From positions 54,636 to 118,635 of the forward strand of contig CAVUJS010000009.1 in NCBI GenBank assembly GCA_963741885.1: a stretch of DNA of 64,000 nucleotides. Direction: 5' to 3'. Source of the stretch: an uncultured Chloroflexia bacterium. GTDB lineage: Bacteria > Chloroflexota > Anaerolineae > Anaerolineales > Anaerolineaceae. Positions 1 through 9,481 of the stretch are shown here, piece by piece; within the stretch, counting starts at the first letter, position 1; every line of letters begins with the position of its first letter. Position numbers and translations under genes: made by a program. The notes beneath the pieces were generated by a model. It made no database searches. It was not told the DNA's origin and saw nothing but the letters and a program-made list of their open reading frames with translations.

Positions 1-612
1 GCCGCCCATCATGCCCGTATCCGCGCTAACCGCCACTGACGGCAGCGCGCAGCGGTTGAAGATGTTGAAGTAAGCCTGATAGTGCTTGCGGTACTGCTGG
101 TCCAGGCCCGCCCAATCCTTATCCAGCGAGTAGGAGTCCTTCATGGTGAACTCGCGCACGCGGATCAGCCCGGCGCGCGGGCGGGGATCGTCACGCCATT
201 TGGTCTGGATCTGGTAGAGCAGCGCGGGCAGCTGGCGGTAAGAGTGGATCTCTTTTCGCACCAGGTCGGCTACGACTTCTTCGTGAGTCATGCCCAGCAC
301 CATATCCCGACCCGAGCGGTCCTTAAAACGGCCCATCTCGGCGTCGATGCTGTACCAGCGGCCCGTCTCCTGCCACAGTTCAGCCGGGTGCACTACCGGC
401 ATGCTGATCTCCTGCCCGCCGATGGCGTCCATCTCGGCGCGAATGATGGCTTCGATGCGGTTCAAGGCGCGGCGCGCCAGCGGCAGGTAGCTGAACACGC
501 CCGCTGCCAGCTGGCGGATAAACCCGGCGCGCAGCAGCAGCTGGTGACTGGCAATCTCAGCCTCGCTGGGCGCTTCGCGCAGGGTCTGACTGAACAGGCG
601 CGACATTCTCAT
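1..612 (-). CDS. proS: Proline--tRNA ligase, N-terminal part (gene runs off the window start)
   Basis: Minus frame is open from the window edge to ATG at 612-610, with GGAGG 7 nt upstream. Translation MRMSRLFSQTLREAPSEAEIASHQLLLRAGFIRQLAAGVFSYLPLARRALNRIEAIIR... matches the conserved class II ProRS N-terminus. Track ORF 82..639(+) is its antisense shadow. Confidence 0.9.
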   Translation of the reverse strand, partial: MRMSRLFSQTLREAPSEAEIASHQLLLRAGFIRQLAAGVFSYLPLARRALNRIEAIIRAEMDAIGGQEISMPVVHPAELWQETGRWYSIDAEMGRFKDRSGRDMVLGMTHEEVVADLVRKEIHSYRQLPALLYQIQTKWRDDPRPRAGLIRVREFTMKDSYSLDKDWAGLDQQYRKHYQAYFNIFNRCALPSVAVSADTGMMGG

Positions 613-649
613 AGAACAACCTCCAAAATAGACGTTTGAATACTCGTAT

Positions 650-792
650 AAAAAAACATACCCTCCAGGCTTCAGGCCGGAGGGCAAAAAATACCAGGGA
701 ATTGTTTCCGCAGTCTACCCAAACAAGCCAAAAGCCCAACCCTCAGGTTGGCTGGCTGGCAATGGGCGTGGCAGGCGGAAGCGCAAGTTCAT
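650..792 (-). promoter_or_regulatory. Candidate proS leader: 25-codon Pro-enriched sORF (792..715) followed by a terminator-like hairpin (684..661) and U-run (656..650)
   Basis: Minus strand reads ATG AAC TTG CGC TTC CGC CTG CCA CGC CCA TTG CCA GCC AGC CAA CCT ... TAG (MNLRFRLPRPLPASQPEGWAFGLFG). The hairpin CCCTCCGGCCTGAAGCCTGGAGGG plus TATGTTTTTTT lies ~38 nt before the proS ATG. Confidence 0.3.
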
Positions 793-796
793 GGGC

Positions 797-909
797 CTAG
801 TACCCGGCGGCGTAAATAGCTCTATGGTTATCGTCACGCGCCGGGTCCTTTAAACAGTCGGGCGGACAAGTTAAGCAACTACAGAGGTATTTACGCCCGA
901 CTGTACTAG
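797..909. repeat. Double-hairpin intergenic repeat (family A), copy 1
   Basis: CTAGTACCCGGCGGCGTAAATA...CGCGCCGGGTCC...AAACAGTCGGGCGG...TATTTACGCCCGACTGTACTAG. It is near-identical in layout to 13917..14028, and 11405..11472 is a truncated inverted copy. Two ~10-bp GC stems enclose AT-rich loops. Confidence 0.8.
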
Positions 910-1111
910 TATAACAAAAAATGGGTGAAATTCAAGGGGAAGCTGGGGTGGGGTGTTCTTTCTCCCAAAGTACGCCCTAAAACGCAAAAACGAGCACATT
1001 GCTTGAGGCTGCAAGCTAACTGTAAAATCGTTTACTGCATTCTTTCATTACAATTAAATTACCGCGTTAATTATCCTGTCATTACTGCTGCATGGAAAAG
1101 GGGTCGGGGAA

Positions 1112-2623
1112 ATGAAAATTTTTGGGCGAATCGCTTCTGGGGTCCTGGCGCTGCTGCTTTCGGCATGTGCTTTTCCAACACTACCACTCGGGCGGGTGGC
1201 CGAAGCGCCAACCGCCGCGCCGCAGGCCGCGGCCGTGGCGGGGGCAGCCACGGGAGCGGGCCCGCTGTTCCTGGACAGCACGCCCACTGCCGGTACGACC
1301 GGTACGCCAGCGGCTGGGACGTTCAACCCGGGGGCGGAGGGGCTGCATCAGGTGGTCCTCTTTACCAGCACGGCCACGCAGCCCCTGGCACAGCCAGAAA
1401 GCGAAGCTTTGCAGCTGCCCTACGCCGAGCGGCATGTGTGGGCTATTGCGTTAGACGGCCAGCAGGGCGGGCGGCTGAGCCCTGCCGGGTTTGGCGCGGC
1501 AATTGGGCTGCCGGGGCGGGCCGGGGCCAAGCCGCGCCTGCTGGACTATGGCCTGACGGCCAAGCCGAACTCGCTGGAAATCGTCGCGCCGCCAGAGGAA
1601 TGCGCCGCAGCCGAAAACTTGCCCTTCGACCCGGCTAACCCGCCCTGCGGCGGCTTCCAATTCTCCGCGGACGGGCGCTTCCTGGCCTACTACACCGGGC
1701 CTGAAGCCTGCGGGCGCACCCTGACCGTGTTCGACCTGGACAGCCGCCAGCCGCTGCGCAGCTTCCCGAACACGCACTGGGCTTACTTCCAGCAGGACAG
1801 CTCTCTCATGCTGGCGGCGGGCGCCTGCGACGCCGCCAAAGCCGGGCTGTATATTCCCCACAAGGATACCTACGCCGGAACGGGCCTGGATGGCGTGCCG
1901 TCCTGGAACCTGACCGGCACCGCCGTGCTGTTCCAGGTGCAGGCCATCCCGGCGGTGCGCGCGGCGCTGTGGGGCTTCAACCTGCAGACCAGTAAGATCT
2001 TTATGTGGATGGATGATGCCAGCTTCATGGAAAACCAGCCCAACTGGACCCCAGACGGCGAGACTTTTCTGTTCCAACACCGCAAAGTGCGCTTTGACCA
2101 GAGCGCCAACCTGTTCACCCTGGACGGCCCGCAGCAGATCCTGCGCATGAGCGCCAAAACGCGCTCGCAGTCGCTGCTGGCCTATTCCGGCGGGTATGAC
2201 TATCACCTGTGCAGCCGGGATGGGCAGCCCTGTGACCAGTGGTACGGCGATTGGATCCAGGTGACGCGCACGCGCTTCCATCCGCAGACCTTCGCGGTTG
2301 ACCCGACCACGGGCCTGCCCAAGGATACGCCTGAAGCGCGCTGCGCCTTCCAGGGCCAGGACTGCCCCGAACCCGCCGCGGAATTCGCGCTCAACTGGCG
2401 CACCGGCGAGCTGCGTCCCTGGGCTGAGGCGGGCATCGGGGATGCCCCCACCTCAGCAGTCCCCGCCGGGCCTGACCGCGCCGCCGTCCCGGTCTACAGC
2501 GACCCGGCTGGCCTGTTCGCCCTCTACCCCGGCCTGGACGGTCACAGCCTGTGGTCCATCACGCTCGATCAGGAGCCGGTGCAGCTGGTGAAGGACGGGG
2601 AGAATTTTGTGTATGTGCCGTGA
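1112..2623 (+). CDS. Lipoprotein, Pro/Ala/Thr-rich linker plus TolB/PD40-like beta-propeller region (function unknown)
   Basis: Lipobox LLLSAC after a basic N-terminus. WTPDGETFLF-type PD40-like motif. Long clean ORF with high-GC third positions. Confidence 0.75.
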   Translation: MKIFGRIASGVLALLLSACAFPTLPLGRVAEAPTAAPQAAAVAGAATGAGPLFLDSTPTAGTTGTPAAGTFNPGAEGLHQVVLFTSTATQPLAQPESEALQLPYAERHVWAIALDGQQGGRLSPAGFGAAIGLPGRAGAKPRLLDYGLTAKPNSLEIVAPPEECAAAENLPFDPANPPCGGFQFSADGRFLAYYTGPEACGRTLTVFDLDSRQPLRSFPNTHWAYFQQDSSLMLAAGACDAAKAGLYIPHKDTYAGTGLDGVPSWNLTGTAVLFQVQAIPAVRAALWGFNLQTSKIFMWMDDASFMENQPNWTPDGETFLFQHRKVRFDQSANLFTLDGPQQILRMSAKTRSQSLLAYSGGYDYHLCSRDGQPCDQWYGDWIQVTRTRFHPQTFAVDPTTGLPKDTPEARCAFQGQDCPEPAAEFALNWRTGELRPWAEAGIGDAPTSAVPAGPDRAAVPVYSDPAGLFALYPGLDGHSLWSITLDQEPVQLVKDGENFVYVP

Positions 2624-2754
2624 ACGCTAGCCACAAACGGAGGCTTGGATTGCTGCTCCGCTGTATCCCTGGCGGGTAAGAGCTGCCTTTCCCCCTGGGT
2701 TTAGCCGTAAATTAAGCTCGGGCTGGGATAATCCAATACGGGATATCTTACCTG

Positions 2755-2865
2755 CCGCCCGGCGCTCAAGCGACCGGGCTAAGGGGGGGCGCCGGAACCA
2801 TCCGGCTTTAAAAGCCGCTTTCAAGCGGCGCTACCAGCTAGCCCGTCAGCTTGAGCTGCGGGCGG
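2755..2865. repeat. Cloverleaf-like structured repeat (family B), copy 1 (inverted relative to the other two)
   Basis: Closing stem CCGCCCGGCGCTCAAGCG.../...AGCTTGAGCTGCGGGCGG encloses hairpins GCCGGAACCATCCGGC and GCCGCTTTCAAGCGGC. Same modules occur at 11545..11645 and 19804..19896. Confidence 0.75.
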
Positions 2866-2924
2866 GCGTAATCCCGGATGCACGTTAAATTAAGCTCAGT
2901 ACGGGCGGGAAGAAAGAACACCTC

Positions 2925-3195
2925 ATCCCACGGTTCGCCGCCCTTGCTCCTTGCGCTGGGCAACCTATCTTTGCGGCAAACGCGGTTCGCCGCCCTTGCT
3001 CCTTGCGCTGGGCAACCTATCTTTGCGGCGAACCGTACCTTCTCCAAAATTTGCAAAGCCAAATTTTAGAGAAGGATGTCTTATTCTGCCAATCAAGTCC
3101 CATAGCCAGCACATTTTTACATACAAAAAGACACCCTTCTCCATCAAACGCCGCTTTTGCGTTTGATGGAGAAGGGCCGGGGATGAGGAGTTCTT
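2925..3195. repeat. Cluster of mosaic hairpin repeat modules (BOX/BIME-like)
   Basis: Two tandem copies of CGGTTCGCCGCCCTTGCTCCTTGCGCTGGGCAACCTATCTTTGCGGC (2931-2977, 2983-3029, closed by GAACCG). Then hairpins CCTTCTCCAAAATTTG...CAAATTTTAGAGAAGG and CCCTTCTCCATCAAACGC...GCGTTTGATGGAGAAGGG plus CCGGGGATGAGG. The same modules recur at 9.7, 11.2, 31.2, 51.9 and 56.8 kb. Confidence 0.85.
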
Positions 3196-3342
3196 CCCCC
3201 CCTATTTCCATATGAATTAAGCCCGAATTAAGCTCAAGGCAAAGGGGAGATAAGCTGGCGATCTTACAATGGGACTGTACCCGCTCAAACGGGGGACGGA
3301 TCACAAACAGACACATTGTGGACAAGGAAAGGATTGACCAAC

Positions 3343-3741
3343 ATGAAAGAGAATCAGCGCAATAAATCAAACGTGGGGCTGGGCATGGCCCTGGGATTGA
3401 TGTTTGGGGCAGCAGTCGGTGCGGCCTGGGGTAACTTCGGGGCGAGTATTTCAATCGGGCTGGCTCTGGGGGTGGCTTACGACCTGTCACGGAGCGGCCT
3501 GAAACGCGGGCGGATTTATTCCCTGGCGGGGCTTGCCGGAGGTTGGCTGCTGGGAGCGCTGTTTGGGCTGCTGCTGGGCCTGCTGCACGGCAGTTACGCG
3601 GCTGCTTTCCAACTGCCATTCAGCGCAACCCTGTTGGGGCTGCCTTATAAAAACGGTTACCTCTTCCTGACCGCCGCGATTCTGGCCGCGTTAGGGATGG
3701 TGTTCGGGACAATGCTCGCCGAGCGGAAGCGGAATGAATAG
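3343..3741 (+). CDS. Small Gly/Ala-rich integral membrane protein (glycine-zipper type), unknown function
   Basis: ATG at 3343 with AAGGAAAGGA ~9 nt upstream. Product has 4 predicted hydrophobic helices (GLGMALGLMFGAAVGAAWG...). Confidence 0.6.
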   Translation: MKENQRNKSNVGLGMALGLMFGAAVGAAWGNFGASISIGLALGVAYDLSRSGLKRGRIYSLAGLAGGWLLGALFGLLLGLLHGSYAAAFQLPFSATLLGLPYKNGYLFLTAAILAALGMVFGTMLAERKRNE

Positions 3742-3911
3742 CAGGCGCTCGAGCGAGGTGCGCCCGGGTGGTCATCGGAAAAATGAGGGGTGATCGCGTA
3801 TAATATTTCTGATACCATTTATCTTTAACGGAAAGTTTCGCGGGTGAACAGGGCCTGGAAGGTAGGGCCTGTTCACCCGCGCCGGACCGCATCCCTGAAG
3901 GAGCTTGCTGC

Positions 3912-4664
3912 ATGATTCAGTTAACCGGATTGGCAGAAAAGAAAATTCTGCTGATCGATGATGAACAGGAAATCCTCGACCTGCTGGAGGCTGTGCTGCG
4001 CAAGGAAGGCTTTCAGCACATCACGCAGGCGCAGACCGGGCAAGGTGGCATCGAGAAATGCCGCGCGTGGCAGCCAGATGCGCTGGTGCTGGATATCATG
4101 CTGCCCGATATCGACGGGTTTGAGGTGTGCCGGCAGGTGCGCGCCTTTAGTTATGCTTCGATCCTGTTCCTCTCCGCTCGTACGGATGACCTGGACAAGC
4201 TGTTAGGCCTGGGTATCGGCGGCGATGACTATGTGACCAAGCCTTTCAGCCCAAAGGAAGTGGCCTTTCGGCTCAAGGCCCAGTTCCGCCGCGGGCAGTA
4301 CCCGTCTGGCGCTGCTGAAGCTTCTCAAACCCACCAAGGCGCGGGCGAAATGCCCGAGGAAGTGTACCGCTTTGGCGAGGTGTGCATTGATGCCGCTCGC
4401 GCGGAAGTCACCCGCGGCGGGGAGCTGGTGACGCTGACCGCAAAAGAGTACCAGCTGCTGCTTTACCTGGCGCGCAACCCCAACCGCATCCTCTCCAGGC
4501 AGAAAATCTGCGAAGCGGTGTGGGGCGAAGCCTACATTGGGTTCGATAACACCATCATGGTCCATATCCGCCATTTGCGGGAGAAGATTGAGGCGGATCC
4601 GAGCAGCCCCAGCTACATCCAAACGGTGATTGGGTTGGGTTACAAACTGTCTACGCGAGGGTAA
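3912..4664 (+). CDS. OmpR-family response regulator
   Basis: Receiver motifs ILLIDDE and LVLDIMLPDIDG. C-terminal winged helix LTAKEYQLLLYLARNPNRILSR...YIQTVIGLGYKL. Confidence 0.92.
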   Translation: MIQLTGLAEKKILLIDDEQEILDLLEAVLRKEGFQHITQAQTGQGGIEKCRAWQPDALVLDIMLPDIDGFEVCRQVRAFSYASILFLSARTDDLDKLLGLGIGGDDYVTKPFSPKEVAFRLKAQFRRGQYPSGAAEASQTHQGAGEMPEEVYRFGEVCIDAARAEVTRGGELVTLTAKEYQLLLYLARNPNRILSRQKICEAVWGEAYIGFDNTIMVHIRHLREKIEADPSSPSYIQTVIGLGYKLSTRG

Positions 4665-4667
4665 GCC

Positions 4668-6086
4668 ATGCGCTGGAAGATTACCGGGCAAATCCTGGGA
4701 CTGCTGCTGATCATCCTGCCCGTGATGTACGCCAGTCTGCTGATTTTTTCGATCCTTTTCTTCAGCCGGGTGCGTTATCTGGGCGGCGACGCCGGCGAAC
4801 TGCACCTGCGCGCCGGACAGATGACGCTTGACTTCGAACAGGCGCTGCACTATCAGGCCGGCCAGTTTAGTGTGGATGCGGAGCGGTTGGCTGAGCTGCG
4901 CGACCTGGGGGTGTGGCTGCAGGTGCTGGATGAAAACGGCGCTGAAGTCTACCAGCAGTTTAAACCGGCCTCCGCGCCAGCCCACTATACCCCGGCTGAG
5001 TTGATCCTGGATTATAAATTTAGCGGCGCGATCAAGGATGAAAGCCAGGGTTATACCCTGTTCGTGGCGATGGCCAACCGCGGCGAGCGCCATTTCAGCT
5101 ATATCCTGGGCTTTCCGGACCGGGAAGTGGTAAAGGCGATTTTGTATGTCAACCCGCTCACCTTTTACTGGGACGTGCTGGCTGTTCTGGGTGGGGCGCT
5201 GCTGGTGGCGACCCTGGTGATCATCCTGCTGGCATATCTGTATGGGCGGCGTCTGGCCCGGCCCCTGGCGGAGATCATCGACGGTATCCAGCGCCTGGCC
5301 GCGGCCGATTATCCTCAGCGTTACCCGGAGGTTGGGCTGTATGCCACTGTTTACCGCAGCTTGAACGCCCTGGCCGGGGCGCTGCAAGGTCATGAACAGG
5401 AGCGCCGCAGCCTCGAGGCAGCCCGTGAGGAGTGGATCGCGAATATCTCGCACGATGTGAAGACGCCGCTGTCCTCGCTCAAGGGTTACGCCGAACTGCT
5501 CGCCGACCCCGATTACCAGTTCAGTGAGGCCGAGGTGCGCCAGTATGCGCGCATCATGCAGGATAAGTCGACCTACATGGACAGTTTGATTGAAGACCTG
5601 CGCCTGACTTACCAGTTGAAAAACGCGGCGCTGCCGCTGAAACAGCAGCCAGAAAACCTGGTGGCGCTGCTGCGCGAAGCGATTATTGATATCCTGAACG
5701 ACCCGCGCTACAGTGACGCCCCCTTGAGCTTTGAGCCAACCGCTGAGCAGGTGTCGTTCCGCGGCGACCGGCGCTTGCTTCAGCGTGCCTTCACCAACCT
5801 GATGCTTAATGCCCTGGTGCATAACCCGCCGGGCACGCCGATCCGTGTCACGATCGTTGGCGGCGAGACGATCTGCATCACCTTTGCAGACCAGGGCGCC
5901 GGCATCCCACCCGCGGAAGTGGAGCGCCTGTTCGAACGCTACTTCCGCGGCACCAACACCGGCGAAGCGCACCAGGGCTCTGGCCTGGGTATGGCCATTA
6001 CCCAACAGATCATCCAGGCTCACGGTGGGCGCTTGAAAGTCACCAGCCGCCTGGGCGCCGGCACGCGGATTGAGATCTATTTGTAG
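4668..6086 (+). CDS. Membrane sensor histidine kinase (HAMP-HisKA-HATPase)
   Basis: Begins 4 nt after the regulator stop. H-box ISHDVKTPLSSL, N-box NALVHNPPG, G-boxes DQGAGIP and GSGLGMAI. Two TM segments flank a periplasmic region. Confidence 0.92.
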   Translation: MRWKITGQILGLLLIILPVMYASLLIFSILFFSRVRYLGGDAGELHLRAGQMTLDFEQALHYQAGQFSVDAERLAELRDLGVWLQVLDENGAEVYQQFKPASAPAHYTPAELILDYKFSGAIKDESQGYTLFVAMANRGERHFSYILGFPDREVVKAILYVNPLTFYWDVLAVLGGALLVATLVIILLAYLYGRRLARPLAEIIDGIQRLAAADYPQRYPEVGLYATVYRSLNALAGALQGHEQERRSLEAAREEWIANISHDVKTPLSSLKGYAELLADPDYQFSEAEVRQYARIMQDKSTYMDSLIEDLRLTYQLKNAALPLKQQPENLVALLREAIIDILNDPRYSDAPLSFEPTAEQVSFRGDRRLLQRAFTNLMLNALVHNPPGTPIRVTIVGGETICITFADQGAGIPPAEVERLFERYFRGTNTGEAHQGSGLGMAITQQIIQAHGGRLKVTSRLGAGTRIEIYL

Positions 6087-6132
6087 GGTAACACATATCT
6101 TACGCCGCCCTTTGTGGCTGGCTGGCAGCGGC

Positions 6133-8493
6133 TTACTTCAACAGCCCCGCGTCCTTCAGGTTCTGCATGAACGTCTCGCCGTCGGGGATGCCTTCTTTGA
6201 CGAACAGGCCGGGCTGGCCCATGGGGGCGGGGACGGTCACCCACTGGCCCTGGTAGGGCGAGCGGTAGGCTTTGCCGCTCCACACGTGCAGCCAGTTTCC
6301 GGCGGGCAGGTAGACGCGCACCGTATTTTTGCCGGGGTCGAGCACCGGGGCGACTAAGATATCCGGGCCGACCAGGAACTCGCTGGTCAGGTTGTAGGTC
6401 TTGGGGTCATCCGGGTAGTTGAGGAACAGCGGGCGGTCGAGGGGCAGGCCGGTTTCGGCGGCGTTTTGCACCAGGCGCTTGCGCAGGAAGCCCCAGGCGG
6501 CGTAGACGCGCGCGAAGCGGTCGAACTGCGCCAGGGTCTGCTCATCCGAGTAGAACTGGGCGTTCTGGGCGGGGGTGTTGCCCTCGTGGGTGCGGTAGAG
6601 GGTGGTGAAGGCGGAAAGCTCCATCCAGCGCATGAGCAGTTCTTTGCTGCGCGAGATATGCAGCAGCGGGTTGTTGATGCCGGTGTAGCCGCCGATATCC
6701 GAGTGGTTGAGGCTGAAGCCCGACAGCCCGCCCGAAAGCAGCCCGGTCAGCGCCGAGCGCAGGCCGTCGTTGGCGTCCCAGGTGGTGAGCTGGTCGCCTT
6801 CCCACATCAAGGTGGTATAGGCGGGGGAGCGAGTGAAGGCTGCGCGGGTGAAAAAGACGTACTGATCGCCATCTGGCAGGGCATCGATCAGTTCGCGGTT
6901 GAGCTGGGCCCAGGCCACCGGGTATGCATTATGGAAATCCGCGCCAGTTTGGCCGTTGGCCAGCTGCGCGTCGTAGGGCAGGGCCTCGCCGAAGTCTGCC
7001 ATCCAGCCAGACGCGCCGATGCCGACGATTTCATCCTTCAGCACGCCTTCATACCAGGCGCGCGCGGCGGGGTTGGTCAGGTCGACCAGCCCCGCGGAGA
7101 AGTCCGTGTTCTGGATCAGGTAGGGCGAGCCGTCCGGGCGTTTGACCAGGTACCCGGCCGTGTTGGCCTCGGCGTACAGGTTGCGCTTGAGGTTGGGCTT
7201 CAGGCCAGCGAGGTCCGCCAGGAAGGGGCTGGCATACACCAGCAGGCGCACGTTGTCTTGCGCCAGGTCCGCGCGCAGCTGGTCCCAGCCAGGGTAGCGC
7301 GAATCGTCCAGCTGCCAGTTCCACCATAACTGCTTGCCAAAACTGGTGCTGCGCTGGCCGACCCAATCCTGCAGCCAGAAGGCGCTGAGCGGCGTGCCCA
7401 GCGCCTTGAGCTTCGCATAGACATCCCGCACGGACTGCGTGCCGCCCTGCATGCCCACCACTGCCCCAGAGAGGATCCAATCCGGCAGGGGCCGCATGCG
7501 CCCGGCATACCGGGTATACTCGCTGACCAGCGCTTCAGGGTCGCGCCCATAGAGGATGCGCCCGGCGAAGGTGGGCGCAAGCGCCGAGACCTGCACGCGG
7601 TCGGGCTGGCGCAGGTCGAAGACGCTGTAGGTGGTGCTGGTCAGGAACAGCGAGCGCAGGCGCGAGGTGAGGTAGTGCGGCACGCTGGCGTAGCTGGTAA
7701 AGGCGCTGCCGCCCGAATGCGCTGCCAGATCCACCAGCGCGGTCACCGGCTGCTGCCCGCGCCCGATGCCCTGCTCGGAGATCCAGACCGGCACGCGCTT
7801 GCCCTTCAGGTCAAAGTAGCTGAACTGCTCACCAAAGCCAAAAAAGTGTTCGTCAGCGTCGGAGGCGTAGGAGAGGTAGGCAGAAACGGTAGCTTTGCCC
7901 TGGTCGAGCACCTGATCCGGGGTGACGGTCAGGTCGAACCCGAGCTGGTTGTCGCTCACCGCCTGGAATTTCAGGGAATAGTCCATGCTGCGCCCGCCGC
8001 CGCAGTCGAGCGTGCCGCGCAGGGTGATCGCGCCGCCGGATACAGCCGCGCTGTCGAGGGTCTGGTTGGCGCAGGTTTGCTCGCGCCGGACGGCGAAATC
8101 GTACGAGCCGCGCGCTTCCTGCACCTGCACCTGGCTCTGGGTCGCGCCGACAAAGGCCTGCCCGTGCAGGGTGTACCACAGCCACTGCCCCGGCGCGGCG
8201 CGGTGGGTGATATACAGGCGCGGGCCGGGGTAGCCGCCCGGGGTGTCCTCGCCGATGGTCGAGAGGCTGAGGGTGAAGTTGCCGGTGGTGTAATTGCGCA
8301 GGTCATGCCCTGGGAAAGCGCTCTCAGAAACGCTCAGCTTCCCGTCCACCGGGCGCTGGTTAATCTGGCGCGCGATCGGCCCGCCCAACAGCGCCACCAA
8401 CCCGCCGATGAGCAGGATGAGGGGAAAGATTAGCAAGTAGCGTTTGCGGAAATGCATCATGAAAATGAGCCAGCCCGGAAGTGTTGCAGGCAT
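6133..8493 (-). CDS. Glycoside hydrolase family 31 (YihQ-like alpha-glycosidase), N-terminal membrane anchor
   Basis: WLQDWVGQRSTSFGKQLWWNW and GWMADFGEALPYD motifs are typical of the YihQ-like GH31 clade. Start is uncertain (8493 or ATG at 8460). Confidence 0.85.
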   Translation of the reverse strand: MPATLPGWLIFMMHFRKRYLLIFPLILLIGGLVALLGGPIARQINQRPVDGKLSVSESAFPGHDLRNYTTGNFTLSLSTIGEDTPGGYPGPRLYITHRAAPGQWLWYTLHGQAFVGATQSQVQVQEARGSYDFAVRREQTCANQTLDSAAVSGGAITLRGTLDCGGGRSMDYSLKFQAVSDNQLGFDLTVTPDQVLDQGKATVSAYLSYASDADEHFFGFGEQFSYFDLKGKRVPVWISEQGIGRGQQPVTALVDLAAHSGGSAFTSYASVPHYLTSRLRSLFLTSTTYSVFDLRQPDRVQVSALAPTFAGRILYGRDPEALVSEYTRYAGRMRPLPDWILSGAVVGMQGGTQSVRDVYAKLKALGTPLSAFWLQDWVGQRSTSFGKQLWWNWQLDDSRYPGWDQLRADLAQDNVRLLVYASPFLADLAGLKPNLKRNLYAEANTAGYLVKRPDGSPYLIQNTDFSAGLVDLTNPAARAWYEGVLKDEIVGIGASGWMADFGEALPYDAQLANGQTGADFHNAYPVAWAQLNRELIDALPDGDQYVFFTRAAFTRSPAYTTLMWEGDQLTTWDANDGLRSALTGLLSGGLSGFSLNHSDIGGYTGINNPLLHISRSKELLMRWMELSAFTTLYRTHEGNTPAQNAQFYSDEQTLAQFDRFARVYAAWGFLRKRLVQNAAETGLPLDRPLFLNYPDDPKTYNLTSEFLVGPDILVAPVLDPGKNTVRVYLPAGNWLHVWSGKAYRSPYQGQWVTVPAPMGQPGLFVKEGIPDGETFMQNLKDAGLLK

Positions 8494-8611
8494 TATAACA
8501 AGAAAATCAGGGCCTGGAAGGTAGGATCTGCAATCCTCCCAGCATTCACCGGCAGGCGCGCCTGCCGGTGAATGCTGGGAGGATTGATTTTATTCCGGAG
8601 CCAGCCGGTTT

Positions 8612-9481
8612 TCAGCTGGCGGAGGTCGGGGACTGCGAAAGCAGCGCGCCCAGGGTGGCTTCAATGGGCGTCAGGCGGATGTTGAAGGTTTCGGCCAGTT
8701 CATCCATGGGCACGATCCAGTCCGCGGTGGACATGCCAATCATCATGGGCAGGACCTGGTCGGGGACGCCGGGGATGGGTTCGCCGAGGTTCGCCGCGAC
8801 CACGGGGACGTCCCGCCCGATCAGGCGTGCCATGTGATTGGCAGCATCCGCGAAGGAGAACGGTTCCGGCCCGCCAATGACCAGGCGCTGGTTGAGGGCT
8901 GCCGGGTGATCGATAGCCGCCACGGTGAAATTCATCACGTCGACCATCGAGACGAAGGACTGTTTGCTGGGACCGTAGATGGTCACCGGCAAGCCGCGCT
9001 GGATTGGACCGGCAACGACCATGCCCATCCAGATTTCGGTGAATGGCCCAGGGGCAATGATGGTGTAAGTCAGCCCGCTGTTCTTGAGGTACTGTTCGGT
9101 GACCCCTTTCCCGGCCAGGAAGGGCGAAACTGCTCGGGGATCTGCGCCGGAGGCGGAGACAAAAATGAACTGTTTGACGCCCGCGGCCCTGGCGGCGGCG
9201 ATCAGGTTGCGGTTGCCGCTGACTTCGACGGTCTCCGGGTTATCCAGCCCGCCGCGCATGGCTGAGTTGGCCGTGGTGATGACGGTGTCGACCCCCTGGC
9301 AGGCCGCGTCCAGCGAGACCCGCTCCTTCAAGTCGCCTTGCACGGCTTGCGCGCCTGCCGCTGCCAGGGGTTGGTAGTTGGACTGCGGTCTGACCAGGAT
9401 GCGGACCGGGCTTCCAGTGGCAAGCAGGTGGCGGGTGATCATCCCGCCCAACAATCCGGTTGCGCCAACAACGAGAATCAT
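8612..9481 (-). CDS. NmrA-like / atypical SDR NAD(P)-binding protein
   Basis: Rossmann motif MILVVGATGLLGG directly after ATG 9481, with GGAGG upstream. The longer track ORF up to 9832 adds a non-protein-like extension that covers a repeat. Confidence 0.85.
   Translation of the reverse strand: MILVVGATGLLGGMITRHLLATGSPVRILVRPQSNYQPLAAAGAQAVQGDLKERVSLDAACQGVDTVITTANSAMRGGLDNPETVEVSGNRNLIAAARAAGVKQFIFVSASGADPRAVSPFLAGKGVTEQYLKNSGLTYTIIAPGPFTEIWMGMVVAGPIQRGLPVTIYGPSKQSFVSMVDVMNFTVAAIDHPAALNQRLVIGGPEPFSFADAANHMARLIGRDVPVVAANLGEPIPGVPDQVLPMMIGMSTADWIVPMDELAETFNIRLTPIEATLGALLSQSPTSAS

Noticed and set aside
82-639. 185-aa plus-strand ORF at the window start
   Set aside because: It is antisense to proS. 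The minus frame gives an unmistakable ProRS N-terminus with an SD.
613-925. T-box riboswitch upstream of proS (and upstream of metG at 61980..62216)
   Set aside because: A terminator is present, but I could not find the conserved T-box sequence (AGGGUGGNACCGCG with a UGGN bulge) or a convincing specifier-loop/stem I. GGGUAGACUGCGG upstream of proS is only a loose resemblance. A cmscan with the Rfam T-box model would settle it.
2838-3215. Short overlapping ORFs inside the repeat clusters (also 31021..31410, 51837..52193, 56736..57163), sharing peptides such as RWATYLCGEP and SARSKGGEP
   Set aside because: The shared peptides arise because the same DNA hairpin modules are translated. The ORFs overlap on both strands and have no starts with an SD. 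I interpret them as non-coding repeats.
4203-6023. 606-aa ORF on the minus strand
   Set aside because: It is entirely antisense to the well-supported histidine kinase gene 4668..6086. It is Arg/Gly/Ala/Gln-rich with no motifs, which is the typical shadow ORF of a high-GC gene.
6133-8493. GH31 enzyme as a sulfoquinovosidase (YihQ orthologue)
   Set aside because: From memory, the YihQ sulfonate-binding signature is RxxW in FGKRVMWNW. Here the equivalent reads FGKQLWWNW (Arg replaced by Gln), and no sulfoglycolysis genes are adjacent. I kept it as a generic YihQ-like GH31 glycosidase.
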